64,000 bases of DNA from Escherichia coli (GCF_048403405.1 NZ_CP183131.1), one strand, 5' to 3'. Positions 36,030 to 46,523 are shown, counted from the first letter of the stretch. The notes: generated by a model from the sequence alone, not told the origin. Made by a program: numbers and translations.

Positions 36030-39004
36030 GTTTCATTTACCTCTAAATACAATTTTCCCTGACGTTTCTTGAGCAAAGGGCGTCTCTGTGCCCGGCTCAG
36101 CATCCCGCAGAGGATGTGTTTGCTGATGCCGATGTTTTCACCGGCAATCATGTCGAAGGCTTTGTCACTGGTTACTAAGCAGCCATCCTCTTCCAGGACA
36201 GGTGTCACGAGCCATCGGCCCGAGCGTTTTTGGATCATGTCCTTGAGCATCTGGAGTGCTTTCTGAGGCGTAACACCAGACGGCAAGAAATCTTCCGCGT
36301 TGATGTCTTTCGGGTTTGTTTTCGCCTTAGGCGGCTCAAACTCCCTAACCTCTGGATCTTCCCTTTCTCGCACCTCGACGTGTCCCAATTCCTTCTCACG
36401 CTCAACTTTGGGCTCAGGAGCCACCGGTTGAGCCTCCCGCTTAGGAAGGCGAGCCACGTTCTGTTTTTCTTGGACCGGCTTGCGCTGTTGCTCTTCAACC
36501 GGAGAAGTAACATCGACCTTCTTCTCCTTCGGCTGTGGCTGGGAGTCCTTACCTTTCGCCTTTTGTTCAGGCGAGGCTTTACCGGCATTAACCTCAGGCT
36601 TCTGCTGCTGCGCCTTTTTTCGGCTTTGTTGTTTCGGTGCAGACTTATTTTTGCTTGCATCCAAGCCAGGGGGAGAGACGAGCTCAAAGGCATCCTGGTA
36701 TCCACCCATTGACGCCTCGGCATCCTTAATGGCCGCCACGACTGCATCTGAAAGCTGCTCCGCCAGTACAATTGCCTTCACTCCGCTGAAATCACGAACT
36801 TTGCGACCTGGCATAATCGGGTCCGGAACAATCGCGTTGGCGTGGGACAGCTTCGAGAGAACCTCTGACGGCGCACCCAGCGACCGAGCGCCATCCGGGT
36901 ACAAAATGACGGCTTGCCCCTTCATCAGGCATAGGACTTCGCCCAGCGTCGTTTTACCTTCCAAAACAGGCATGATCGCTTGTTCAAGCAACGCCGATGC
37001 TTCCCCGTATCCAGACAACATCTCAACGAGCAAGGTCTTTGCGTCCTTCTCATGCTGATTAACGTTGTCCGTATGCGGCATTTCTGGCGTGTGCGTTGGT
37101 TGTTCTGGTGCGTCAGTCAGCATAGGGAGCGGCTCAATCGCCCATGATGGCGGTTCATCAGAACCACCGAACATTGGAAAGTCATCGCCCTGCAGGGAGT
37201 TTTGTTCTTGTGGAACGAAGTCCTGTTTTGGCTGCTCCTCTTGCTTTCCGGGCATTGCCACATCTGGGATTTCTGAGTTTGTTGCGTCAGTGCTGGTTGT
37301 CTCTGCCGATGCGTTGAATGCGTCAAACGGGAAGTCGATGTCCCCCAGTCCACCCCCAACATCCTTGAGTGCTTGTAACGGATTGTCGTTTGCCAAAGGT
37401 GGTGCGTTTTTGGCAATGTCCTGAGGGGACAGATCCTCTTTTGCCTCTGGTTTATGGGGTTGTTTCTCCGTATCACTCTTCGGTTTTGCTTTGCCCGGTT
37501 TGCTCTGCGGCTTACCCTTCTTGCCAGCGTCAGGCTTAGATGATTCCGTTGGTCCCGCATCTTTTTGCTCTGGCTTCTCCTCGACAGCATCGGAGGTGCT
37601 TTTCAGCATCTCCATCGCATCACCAAAGCCAAGGCCAGCTAGAGCTTTCTCTGCTTCCTGCTCTGCGGCCAACATGTCATCGTTCAGAGCTGCTTCACCT
37701 TCCTCTTGGTCGTCACCGTCATCGGCTTCCTCAGGATCAACGAACTCAATCTCAGCGTCCTCAACATCACCAACAACTTCCGCAGCAACAGCCGCAGGAG
37801 GCTCAGTCGTAAACACCAGGTCGTTTGATTCGAGTCGGAGCATCAAGATCTTCACCGAACCCGCCGCCTCCTGGAGCATCTCAGGCAAAACTTCCCAGTA
37901 GCGGTAGTACGCACGTTCACCCTTCTCCTGCACCGTGTTTGGTACAGCAAAACCACGTTCGATGAGAATGTCGGCCAGTGTGTCAGGGTCTCGTGGGATA
38001 CCGGGGATCTTGTCGTGGCTGATCAAGTCATAAAGGTCCCCAAGCTGTTTCCAGGCAATGAATACACCTTGGTTGAGGTGCCAGACTTTCGCGCCTGGCT
38101 CATTGACCTTCCATTTTCCGGTTTTAACCAGGCGGCGGATGGCATCGAACACGTAACGCTCGACGGGCACACCATAGGAGAACTCGTCCACATCGAGACG
38201 ACTCTGGCGAAGGTCCCGTGAGACGCTCTCTTGGTCAGCGCGAAGCATCAGCTTGGTCACAGGCTGATTGACGCTGGTTCCTGAGATAGCTTCCAGCATC
38301 GCTTCCATGATGGACGGGCCAGACTTGGACAGAAACTCCCGAGTCTCAGCCGGAATAATTCGATCCACCGCCAGCAGCGAGAATTGCTCATGTCTTTTGT
38401 GTCGCTTGTCGCGCCACCGGATAAAGTAACGGTCGATTTCGTGACGGTGTGCCCAGTCATGAAGTGACTCCGAATACGGGTTCCATGTGATTGACCCGTC
38501 TTTGTCCGTAATGGACACATCCGAGAGCGGTTTACCCACATCATGCAGCAGCCCAGAGAAACAGCTCGCCAGTCTCCAACGCGGCTCATTGTCACGGCGT
38601 TCCCGAGGCGTCCCCTCGATGGAAAAGATAACTGACTCAGATGCCTGAGCTGCCCAGAAGGCCACTTCAAGCCCATGTCGGAACAGACCACCAGCGCCAC
38701 GGTGGTGGTGTGATTCGGAAGCTGGCAACAGGTGAACAAACGCGGCATACCGCTGGATCACCGGCAAAACAAGCCGGTTGAAGTCGTCCACAGTGAAACC
38801 GAGAGAGTTCCGCACTTTCTCAATCAGTTCAGCTTGGGTTGCCAGTATCTTGTCTAGTGGGGCCACTGGCAGGCCCTTGGCAAAAGGTGGGTATCGAGGG
38901 ATTTCTTCATCTTCCACGTCTTTAAGCGGCAACACTCTGGCGCTCGGCGCGGTCTCGATCACTCCACTTCGCCCACCAAATAACTTGTTAAGGGCTTTCA
39001 GCAT
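36026..39004 (-). CDS. traI: MOBH-family relaxase TraI (HD-domain)
   Basis: 992 aa; HD motifs HHHRGAGGLFRHGLEV and GLLHDVGKP; low-complexity K/P/E/Q-rich C-terminal region; followed by traD. Confidence 0.85.
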   Translation of the reverse strand: MLKALNKLFGGRSGVIETAPSARVLPLKDVEDEEIPRYPPFAKGLPVAPLDKILATQAELIEKVRNSLGFTVDDFNRLVLPVIQRYAAFVHLLPASESHHHRGAGGLFRHGLEVAFWAAQASESVIFSIEGTPRERRDNEPRWRLASCFSGLLHDVGKPLSDVSITDKDGSITWNPYSESLHDWAHRHEIDRYFIRWRDKRHKRHEQFSLLAVDRIIPAETREFLSKSGPSIMEAMLEAISGTSVNQPVTKLMLRADQESVSRDLRQSRLDVDEFSYGVPVERYVFDAIRRLVKTGKWKVNEPGAKVWHLNQGVFIAWKQLGDLYDLISHDKIPGIPRDPDTLADILIERGFAVPNTVQEKGERAYYRYWEVLPEMLQEAAGSVKILMLRLESNDLVFTTEPPAAVAAEVVGDVEDAEIEFVDPEEADDGDDQEEGEAALNDDMLAAEQEAEKALAGLGFGDAMEMLKSTSDAVEEKPEQKDAGPTESSKPDAGKKGKPQSKPGKAKPKSDTEKQPHKPEAKEDLSPQDIAKNAPPLANDNPLQALKDVGGGLGDIDFPFDAFNASAETTSTDATNSEIPDVAMPGKQEEQPKQDFVPQEQNSLQGDDFPMFGGSDEPPSWAIEPLPMLTDAPEQPTHTPEMPHTDNVNQHEKDAKTLLVEMLSGYGEASALLEQAIMPVLEGKTTLGEVLCLMKGQAVILYPDGARSLGAPSEVLSKLSHANAIVPDPIMPGRKVRDFSGVKAIVLAEQLSDAVVAAIKDAEASMGGYQDAFELVSPPGLDASKNKSAPKQQSRKKAQQQKPEVNAGKASPEQKAKGKDSQPQPKEKKVDVTSPVEEQQRKPVQEKQNVARLPKREAQPVAPEPKVEREKELGHVEVREREDPEVREFEPPKAKTNPKDINAEDFLPSGVTPQKALQMLKDMIQKRSGRWLVTPVLEEDGCLVTSDKAFDMIAGENIGISKHILCGMLSRAQRRPLLKKRQGKLYLEVNET

Positions 39005-39084
39005 GTAGGTTGACCATATTCCTATCGTATTTCTCGTCGCTACATGCTCTCAAAACACCTTTAGATCGCACACACGCCTATCTG

Positions 39085-39099
39085 TCCAATTTGGGCAGT
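39085..39099. promoter_or_regulatory. GCCCAWTTTGGRCA-type box ~81 bp upstream of traI, in divergent intergenic region
   Basis: GTCCAATTTGGGCAG preceded by CTGT. Confidence 0.5.
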
Positions 39100-39171
39100 T
39101 TGAGAAACCAGCTTTCCATCCCCCCCCTTTTAGAATGGGCTCATCGACAATTTTTGATGAGGAACGACACG

Positions 39172-39789
39172 ATGAGACAACTGATAGCAATTCTGGGAGT
39201 GGCAATTCTGGCCGGGTGTGCCTCTAACGCCCCCGAGCAAAAGCCTCAGCCCCAGACTGCCCCTGCCGAAAATGACAAACCTGCCCGAGTTAGCCGGGAA
39301 CTGTCGATGGCATGGGACAACATGGGGCGCGGTGGTGCTGCATTACGTCAACCTGGTTATATCCATGTGCTGGGCGACGGTAATGTCAGCGCAACGATGA
39401 ACAAGGTCAAAGATGACTCCGCTGGTTCAGATAAAACTCCAGCAGGGATCAAGCAGCACGGGGATGTGAACGAAGCCATCAATACCTTCAAGTCCATGAA
39501 TAAAGGCAAAGGCTACTCGCTGTACGAGTTGTCACGCTGGGAACGCTATTGCGATGGCGGCAAAGGTATGGACGAGCACGATTGGCGCTTTGTGGAAGCC
39601 GAGGGGACTACAAACATCCCCAAGGATGTTGTAACCGGCTGCATACCACCTACCCACACCTATCAAGATTATCTGAATGCCTGGACGCACTTTTGCACCA
39701 GCCAGGCTGTAACTGACGCAGATCGCCGCATTGTGCGCGAGTCCGTGCGTCCCTATTCAGTGGTGAACCCATGCAAAGCTCTGAAATAA
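39172..39789 (+). CDS. lipoprotein (lipobox LAGCAS), function unknown
   Basis: ATG at ~39172 gives MRQLIAILGVAILAGCASN; ORF-track frame extends upstream. Confidence 0.65.
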   Translation: MRQLIAILGVAILAGCASNAPEQKPQPQTAPAENDKPARVSRELSMAWDNMGRGGAALRQPGYIHVLGDGNVSATMNKVKDDSAGSDKTPAGIKQHGDVNEAINTFKSMNKGKGYSLYELSRWERYCDGGKGMDEHDWRFVEAEGTTNIPKDVVTGCIPPTHTYQDYLNAWTHFCTSQAVTDADRRIVRESVRPYSVVNPCKALK

Positions 39790-40004
39790 GAAACCAGACA
39801 GAGCCAAGCCGTAAGGCTGAGCTCTTCGACGCTTTATCAATCATGCTCCAGGAGGCCGGTTCGAGGGGTAATTCCCGCGAAGCGGCCTATGTCATTTCTG
39901 GAGTCCTCGAAAACCTCTCCAGAGACTACCCCGAAGTCAAAGGTCTGGCCCAAAGCTGGGCTGAGCTGGCGAATCTGGAATCAAAGATGAGAGGAGCTGC
40001 TTAA
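39771..40004 (+). CDS. hypothetical small protein (77 aa), stop overlaps topB start
   Basis: TAATG junction with topB. Confidence 0.45.
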   Translation: MQSSEIRNQTEPSRKAELFDALSIMLQEAGSRGNSREAAYVISGVLENLSRDYPEVKGLAQSWAELANLESKMRGAA

Positions 40005-42196
40005 TGGACCTTTATATCTGCGAGAAGCCTTCTCAGGCCAAAGATTTGGCTGGCGTAATGAAGGCCTCCCAACGAGGTGATGGATTTCTCCATGATGGAG
40101 GAAACCGCGTTATTACGTGGGCGTTCGGCCACCTGCTGGAATTGTATATGCCAGACGATTATGACGAACGCTACAAGTCATGGTCACTGGAGACCCTCCC
40201 TATTGCACCAGAGTCATGGCGGTACAACGTTCGCAAGAGTGCGTTCAAACAGTACAAAATTGTTGAGGGACTGGTCAAAAAGGCGAGCACCATCTACATC
40301 TCAACGGACTACGACCGAGAAGGTGAGGCTATCGCCCGTTCGCTTCTGGATCGATTCCGCTACTCTGGCCCTATTCGCCGGGTTTGTTTGACGGCTCTCG
40401 ATGAGTCAAGCATCAAGAAAGCGCTGAACAACGTAAAGGATGGCAAGGATACGGTCTCACTCTACTACGCCGCATTGGCACGGCAACGCGCTGACTGGTT
40501 GGTAGGCATGAACGTGAGCCGCCTCTACACAGTGCTGGCCCGAGATGTCGGCTTCAACCACACTCTTCACGTTGGCAGGGTTATCACCCCAACCGTCGCT
40601 CTTGTTTGTCAACGGGACCGAGAGATCGCCGGTTTCACCCCCTCACCATACTGGACTCTGGGTGTGAACGTGTCCGTACAGAATGGACAGTTTGCCGCCC
40701 AATGGATACCACCAGAAGAGTGCAGTGACGAGCAAGGCCGGTGCGTCAATAAGGCCTATGCCGAGCAGGTAGCCTCCCAGGTCAATGGTGCCAATGCTGT
40801 TATCAGCAAAGCAGAAACCAAACCAGGTAAAGAGTCAGCCCCCCTCCCCTTCGATCTAACGTCGCTGCAACAATACGCAAGCAAACGATGGGGATACACC
40901 GCTCAGCAGGTACTGGATGCAGCTCAAGCTCTGTACGAGACGCACAAAGCGACCACCTACCCTCGTACTGATAGTCGTTATCTACCCGAGAGCCAAAAGG
41001 AAGACATTCCGGACATTCTCCAGGCGCTCATTTTGTCCGATCAGAACGTCTCTGGGCTGGTGGCTGGCGCAGATCCTCATCGCAAGGCCAGGGTATTCAA
41101 TGACGCCAAAGTGACCGCGCACCACGCGATCATTCCAACACCGGCCAGAACAGACATCAGTGCCATGTCTGAGATCGAGTTCAATCTTTACGACGCCATC
41201 CGTCGTTTCTACATCGCGCAGTTCTACAGCGAGTTCGAGTTCACCAAAACCTCCATCGAGGTGCAGTGTGGGCGTCACCTCTTTGCGGCCTCTGGTAAGA
41301 CACCTGCCAAACAAGGCTGGAAGGTTTTGTTTGCTTCTGATAGTGAAAGCAGTCCCAAGGACGAGGGGGAAGACACCGACGCGCCGGTTGAACAAGAGAA
41401 GCTCCCCAGGGTTAGCCAGGGCGAACCCGCTTTGCTTAATGGTGCCGAGCTGGCAAACAAAATGACGCGGCCAGCACCGCACTTCACCGAAGCCACATTG
41501 CTTGCCGCGATGGAGAACATTGCCCGGTTCGTGACTGAGGAGAAGTTCAAGCAAATTCTCAAAGACACAGCCGGTTTAGGCACTCCAGCAACACGCGCAA
41601 GCATCATCCAGGGCGCTGTTGATAAAGGCTACTTCAAACGTCAGAAAAAGGTACTGCTTGCAACTGATAAGGCTCATGCGCTTATCGCAGTGCTTCCACC
41701 AGCCATCAAATCACCCGGCATGACTGCGGCTTGGGAGCAGGAGCTTGAGAAAGTCGCCTCCGGCTCCGGGAATATGTCTGTCTTCATGAAGCAGATTTCC
41801 ACCTGGATCTGCCAAATGGTTGAGCAGCTCAAAGTGCCCGCACCGGTTCTGACCAAAGAAGGTGGCGCGATGGCTAAAGCCTTCGAGGGCGCTAAGCCGC
41901 CTTCACACGAATGCTTCAACTGCGGTGGAGAGATGCACCGGATCAAAGGGAAGAACGGATTTTTCTGGGGCTGCCAGAACGAGGCTTGCAAGAAGACGTT
42001 CCCAGACAACCGAGGGAAACCCGAGAAGCGTATCGCGGCTGAGGATTGTCCAGACTGCCCAGATTGCGGTAGCCCGATGCGTCTCAGGAAAGGAAAAGCG
42101 CCCGGCAAGAAGCGAGCTTCTAAGTTCTGGGGCTGCACCGCCTATCCCGATTGCAAAGGCACTATGCCCTTCAAAAAGTCGGACTTTATGGATTGA
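40004..42196 (+). CDS. topB: DNA topoisomerase III (type IA) with C-terminal zinc ribbons
   Basis: TOPRIM N-terminus MDLYICEKPSQAKDLAGV; C-terminal CxxC...CxxC ribbons. Confidence 0.9.
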   Translation: MDLYICEKPSQAKDLAGVMKASQRGDGFLHDGGNRVITWAFGHLLELYMPDDYDERYKSWSLETLPIAPESWRYNVRKSAFKQYKIVEGLVKKASTIYISTDYDREGEAIARSLLDRFRYSGPIRRVCLTALDESSIKKALNNVKDGKDTVSLYYAALARQRADWLVGMNVSRLYTVLARDVGFNHTLHVGRVITPTVALVCQRDREIAGFTPSPYWTLGVNVSVQNGQFAAQWIPPEECSDEQGRCVNKAYAEQVASQVNGANAVISKAETKPGKESAPLPFDLTSLQQYASKRWGYTAQQVLDAAQALYETHKATTYPRTDSRYLPESQKEDIPDILQALILSDQNVSGLVAGADPHRKARVFNDAKVTAHHAIIPTPARTDISAMSEIEFNLYDAIRRFYIAQFYSEFEFTKTSIEVQCGRHLFAASGKTPAKQGWKVLFASDSESSPKDEGEDTDAPVEQEKLPRVSQGEPALLNGAELANKMTRPAPHFTEATLLAAMENIARFVTEEKFKQILKDTAGLGTPATRASIIQGAVDKGYFKRQKKVLLATDKAHALIAVLPPAIKSPGMTAAWEQELEKVASGSGNMSVFMKQISTWICQMVEQLKVPAPVLTKEGGAMAKAFEGAKPPSHECFNCGGEMHRIKGKNGFFWGCQNEACKKTFPDNRGKPEKRIAAEDCPDCPDCGSPMRLRKGKAPGKKRASKFWGCTAYPDCKGTMPFKKSDFMD

Positions 42197-42210
42197 TAGA
42201 GGAATTAAGT

Positions 42211-42699
42211 ATGTTTGGAACAATCATTTTAACTGCGATGCTCACCACCAGCTCAGCCACTGCCGAAGATGCAGGGAAGAACATCGCCTCAGGCTTGGCG
42301 GCGGCATCCGCCAGCCAAATGGGGCAGGCCGTAATGCCAACTTTAGCTACCAGCTCGGCCATTGCAAAAAGCGCAGGTAAAGGCATGGTGTCAGGTTTGG
42401 CTGCGGCGACTGCCAGCTACATTCCCCAAGACGAGCTGAGCTTTACTCGAAGCTATAAGAACTCTGAGGCTGTGGATATGGCAAAGGGCCTGGGGACATT
42501 GAAAGAAGCGCCTGAGTTTCTCTACGTTGTTACAGACGTAAATGCCAACATGGCGGTCAAATGCAAGCGCGTCTGGGAGCCTCAATCTCTGGCTTTAAGT
42601 CCAGTGATTGTTGAGCTGGTGGAACTACGTAAGACGAACAACAAAGACAGCTACGAACAAGCACTATCCCACCTCGATTGTTCAATGTTCACAGACTAA
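42211..42699 (+). CDS. hypothetical secreted protein with Ala/Ser-rich repeats
   Basis: GAGGAA RBS; signal peptide MFGTIILTAMLTTSSATA. Confidence 0.55.
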   Translation: MFGTIILTAMLTTSSATAEDAGKNIASGLAAASASQMGQAVMPTLATSSAIAKSAGKGMVSGLAAATASYIPQDELSFTRSYKNSEAVDMAKGLGTLKEAPEFLYVVTDVNANMAVKCKRVWEPQSLALSPVIVELVELRKTNNKDSYEQALSHLDCSMFTD

Positions 42700-42708
42700 A
42701 ACAATTAA

Positions 42709-42730
42709 GGGGCCGATGGCCCCTAATTTT
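42709..42730. terminator. terminator hairpin (GGGGCCGATGGCCCC + T-run) between convergent operons
   Basis: GC hairpin followed by TAATTTTT. Confidence 0.7.
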
Positions 42731-42790
42731 TAATAACCCAATTTCTTTTGATACCTGATTTTCCTACCAAGCACAGTTGTCATACACCAT

Positions 42791-43069
42791 TCAATTCACA
42801 TGGATAGCGAATACTTCAACCGGACAATCTCCAAAGTGCGGGTGCGTTATAACACTCCTTGAGAAGCCACGCCAAGGGCGAATCTCTATCCTGGACATAT
42901 CTCCAGCCTTTGGGTAGCCACACTTAACATGGACTTCATCATACTCGCGCCCCTCTAGTCTTTTTATCCAGTAGTCTGTAACGAGGCGATATTCATCTGG
43001 TTTTTCTCCAGATTTGATCTGATCGAAGTAAATCTTTTTTACGGGCAGATGAAGTATTCTCTTTTTCAT
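42791..43069 (-). CDS. ASCH-like (PUA-fold) domain protein
   Basis: GxKxxExR-type motif IKSGEKPDEYR; ~92 aa. Confidence 0.5.
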   Translation of the reverse strand: MKKRILHLPVKKIYFDQIKSGEKPDEYRLVTDYWIKRLEGREYDEVHVKCGYPKAGDMSRIEIRPWRGFSRSVITHPHFGDCPVEVFAIHVN

Positions 43070-43094
43070 AATCACCACCTGATAGCCCATCAGA

Positions 43095-43301
43095 CTATCT
43101 AACTATTCGACAAAACATCCCTTTTTCAATTTCTGTCTCTCTCGCCTCATGGGCCAATACAATATCCGCGATAACACGAATATTCCCTTCATAGTTGCGA
43201 ATGGCCGCATCCCTCATCGTGTCTAAAGTGTCCTGACACTTCGCTCGCCTGAATTTAACGAGCCAACTTTGCCGATCTATCTTGTCCACACCAAATCCCA
43301 T
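43095..43301 (-). CDS. hypothetical small protein (68 aa)
   Basis: ORF contiguous with neighbours. Confidence 0.45.
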   Translation of the reverse strand: MGFGVDKIDRQSWLVKFRRAKCQDTLDTMRDAAIRNYEGNIRVIADIVLAHEARETEIEKGMFCRIVR

Positions 43302-43919
43302 TTAGCGAACCATGTATCCAGCTTTTTTGGCCGCAGCATCAAGCTCGGAGGAGAAGTTAACGTCGGACTTTTCTGCCGCGTTATAGAGGGCTCCACACTT
43401 GGGCCATGAGCGTCCTACCAGTTTCATCGCCAACGCATCCGCCAGCATTTCTCGGATCTGTGTTTCAGCCTCACCAAAATCGGCCAGAGTTTCGTCTATG
43501 CCCGACTCTTCCATCAGCTCGATGAGCTGTGGTTGTTTGAGCCAGACGCCTGTTTGCATTTCCAACTGATCTCTTGCATCGGCCACCAATTGGCGTTCAA
43601 GGGTTACGCCATTCACGGTCTTAACAAATTGCTTTGGCTGACGCTTTACCTTTTTTGGCCTGGACACATCAGAGATAACCGTCACCGGCTTCCCACGCAG
43701 TTCACGCGGCAACGGTCCACTTAGCCCCAGAACTAAGCGACGAGCGTACTCATGCTCGTATGGTTTCAACCCTCGACCTTCACGGTACATTTCAGTATCC
43801 ACCAGCAGATCACCGCGCAGCCTCGCATTTTTCCGCACTTGTTCGGACAAGACCGATTTACCCTTCCCGCTGGCTCCCATTACGAGCGAGTGAGATTCTA
43901 CTTTGTTATCAAAAAACAT
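43302..43919 (-). CDS. P-loop NTPase, dNMP-kinase-like
   Basis: Walker A LVMGASGKGKSV near N-terminus; 205 aa. Confidence 0.55.
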   Translation of the reverse strand: MFFDNKVESHSLVMGASGKGKSVLSEQVRKNARLRGDLLVDTEMYREGRGLKPYEHEYARRLVLGLSGPLPRELRGKPVTVISDVSRPKKVKRQPKQFVKTVNGVTLERQLVADARDQLEMQTGVWLKQPQLIELMEESGIDETLADFGEAETQIREMLADALAMKLVGRSWPKCGALYNAAEKSDVNFSSELDAAAKKAGYMVR

Positions 43920-44012
43920 AATTCCGCCCCCAAGGAGGTGTTGCTATAAAACATGGTTTGAACATCCGTATTTTCACGGCAATAACCGCCGGATAATGCA
44001 AGACTCCCAAAC

Positions 44013-44231
44013 CTAAATAGGTCTCCAGGTGATGACATCGAAGTCATAGCTGACTTCCGAGTTGTCGTCCGCCGTTCGCCACGAACAATCATCTTCCTGA
44101 ACATGGATCAAGTCGTACTCAACAATTTTGCCCGACCAACATCCTTTAAGCTGGCAATGAACAGGCACACCGACGACCGGCATCTTGTCGTTGACGCTGA
44201 TCCACGGTTCTTGCTTTTGATCCAGATCCAC
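44013..44231 (-). CDS. DUF551-like small protein
   Basis: WISVNDKMP motif typical of phage DUF551 proteins (recalled). Confidence 0.45.
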   Translation of the reverse strand: MDLDQKQEPWISVNDKMPVVGVPVHCQLKGCWSGKIVEYDLIHVQEDDCSWRTADDNSEVSYDFDVITWRPI

Positions 44232-44234
44232 CGG

Positions 44235-44516
44235 TTAGTCCTCTATGAACGATTTAATGGATCGCCCATCAAAAAACAGTTTCCCAGTTCCTGATACCGA
44301 ATGTACTTCTGGAGCTGCCTTCCCTTTCAGGAGTTTCTGATAGCGCACCGCGTCTTTGAGCTCAGAGATCCTGACGCCAATGAGTGTGGCCGTCTCCTCA
44401 ACTGTTAAAATACGGTCCCAAAAGCTGGTGGCGCTGTTATTGCGCCCACCGATACTCTGGGCAACGCACTCTGTTCTGGCCGCTTTTCCCTTTGCCATTG
44501 GCAATGTCCTCTTCAT
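44235..44516 (-). CDS. hypothetical protein, possible HTH
   Basis: ORF; start uncertain because of overlap with upstream gene. Confidence 0.4.
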   Translation of the reverse strand: MKRTLPMAKGKAARTECVAQSIGGRNNSATSFWDRILTVEETATLIGVRISELKDAVRYQKLLKGKAAPEVHSVSGTGKLFFDGRSIKSFIED

Positions 44517-45093
44517 TCTTCTCAGCCCCCAGCTTACTCAGTATTTCAGCTTTTGTAGCGCGATGGCCGCGCATTAAAAGAGCATTCAGCAGGTATCCAG
44601 TGAACACCTCTGTACTCGGCATACGGTCAAGCAACTCAACATACTGCTCATCCGTCAAATCATGGATCTCACAATATTTTTCCACCGCCTTTTCGTAGGC
44701 TTCTGCGTAGCCATGAGTGGAAATCCTGAAAGCAATATCCCCATTGCCGTAGCCTGGCTTTGTGACGAGAAAACAAGGCGCGAAGTAGGTTCTCTTCACC
44801 CCCATCCGGCTCCGGTTCTCAATGCTGATATAAGCCCTCAGCCCCTCAGCAATGATGTTTGGCCCGGAGTTGCGTCGCCGCTTACAAGTCTTATTCTGAC
44901 GCTTCACCTCTTCTGCCTCAGCTTCCCACTTTCGGTCCAAGCTGTAGGCCAGCCGGTGAGCTGTTGCGTAGGAATACTCTCTCAAGGAGAAGTATTCCTG
45001 CCGGTAATCATCCGCCACCCCAACTGTTCGTGCGACACGGAACCCGACGAAACCGGCGTCATGGGTTCCCTCGCCGTAGTAAATGACTGCCAT
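44437..45093 (-). CDS. hypothetical protein (218 aa)
   Basis: ORF directly downstream of Dcm-like gene; stop-start junction. Confidence 0.5.
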   Translation of the reverse strand: MAVIYYGEGTHDAGFVGFRVARTVGVADDYRQEYFSLREYSYATAHRLAYSLDRKWEAEAEEVKRQNKTCKRRRNSGPNIIAEGLRAYISIENRSRMGVKRTYFAPCFLVTKPGYGNGDIAFRISTHGYAEAYEKAVEKYCEIHDLTDEQYVELLDRMPSTEVFTGYLLNALLMRGHRATKAEILSKLGAEKNEEDIANGKGKSGQNRVRCPEYRWAQ

Positions 45094-46520
45094 TATCTAC
45101 CTTCCTTACTTCTGATACCGTGCTGCACCACGGTATGGCGACCGCAATTCACATTCAGGTGATCCCGAACTGCGGCCATGACCGCTGAATGCAATCTGTA
45201 ATCCACACTCTGCCCAAGCGTTTCTGTCGCTTGTTCTTTTGCCATCCACGAAACATCAAAGCTATCAGGTATCGACATCAACTCCTGAACCAGATCGACC
45301 GATGGCTTGTAAATGCGGCCACCGTCTTGGATGTACACTGCATCCTTTACCCCACGATCCTGAGACTTGAGGATGGTCGGGCAACTGGTGCTTTCTCTCG
45401 TCAAGAACGCAGGCATCCTGCGAGAAGTTGACTCTCTGGCCTGAATTGACTTCAACACTGTGACGTCAGCACAATCCCCGAGGTGCTTCTCGATCACCGG
45501 CCACAATCGTCCACCAGCTCTCTGCTCAGGTTTCGGTGGAACGAACCCAGGGAAGACCGACGCCACCATGTAATAGCGTTCTCGCCCCTGGTAAGCGCCG
45601 AAATCCAGACCGTTCAAGACCATCTCAGTGAGGAAGTACCCCATCCGCCGCAGTGTCGTTCCCATCATCGCCCCGGCTCCGGATGCTTTGAAGTTCGGGA
45701 CGTTTTCCACCAGCACGACGGCAGGGTTCACGACCTCGATCTGTTTTAGTGCCGGGTAAACCATGTCGAGCATGGTGGAGAGATCCTCAAGAGAACGCTC
45801 TTTGTCCCTTGGACTTTTGGCGTTTGAGTGGTCATCACACCCCAACGAGTAATGGGCCAAACCAATTGGTGGGCACTCCGCCAGCAAGGCTCCAAGGCGA
45901 TCCAGCTCCAGGTGATGAATGTCTTCATTCAGCAGGATACGCGGGGAGCTGTTCACCAGCGTATTGAGCGCATGTACTTCACTCAGGTTCCGCCCGGATG
46001 CTCTGTCTCTGGCTTCAACTGGACGATGCTCCAAAACAATCTCAGCCTTCCAGCCAAGCGCTTCCATAACATGAATGTCTACCCCGCCAGTCAATGCCAC
46101 AAAGGCACGGAAAGGGCTGGTTTTTCTGAACCGATCCGCAATGGCAAAGGCTCTGTTTGCGACAGGAGTGAAGACTACTCGGCCTTTTCGCATTTCGACG
46201 TGGAAACGCTCTGTATAGCGAGGGAAGCACTTATCTATGAGCCCTTGTCCAGAAAACTCAATAACGGTTTCCAGCGGGTTGTTGGAGCGACTCTTTGGTT
46301 GATACCGGCGCTGATAAACCTGGTGTGTCTGTAGTTCATCGGTCGCTGGGATCACCGAAAAACCGCCCATCCCCTCCCCTGGCTCAACGGCGATGCCCAT
46401 ACCTGGCTTGAACCCCATAACATCCAAAAAGTTGGACGAAACCCTAACCTTGCGTTTATCGCCTACTCGATTGAACGCAAGTTGTTTGGTTACTACGGAG
46501 GGGGAGACGATCGGTAACAT
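45093..46520 (-). CDS. C5-cytosine DNA methyltransferase (Dcm-like), no adjacent endonuclease recognised
   Basis: ENVPNF motif and QGRERYYMVA (QxRxR) motif; 475 aa. Confidence 0.7.
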   Translation of the reverse strand: MLPIVSPSVVTKQLAFNRVGDKRKVRVSSNFLDVMGFKPGMGIAVEPGEGMGGFSVIPATDELQTHQVYQRRYQPKSRSNNPLETVIEFSGQGLIDKCFPRYTERFHVEMRKGRVVFTPVANRAFAIADRFRKTSPFRAFVALTGGVDIHVMEALGWKAEIVLEHRPVEARDRASGRNLSEVHALNTLVNSSPRILLNEDIHHLELDRLGALLAECPPIGLAHYSLGCDDHSNAKSPRDKERSLEDLSTMLDMVYPALKQIEVVNPAVVLVENVPNFKASGAGAMMGTTLRRMGYFLTEMVLNGLDFGAYQGRERYYMVASVFPGFVPPKPEQRAGGRLWPVIEKHLGDCADVTVLKSIQARESTSRRMPAFLTRESTSCPTILKSQDRGVKDAVYIQDGGRIYKPSVDLVQELMSIPDSFDVSWMAKEQATETLGQSVDYRLHSAVMAAVRDHLNVNCGRHTVVQHGIRSKEGR

Positions 46521-46523
46521 TGG

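Noticed and set aside
43095-43919. 68-aa ORF plus P-loop protein as a toxin-antitoxin pair (zeta/epsilon-like)
   Set aside because: Walker A context looks more like a nucleotide kinase; similarity too weak to call without a profile search.
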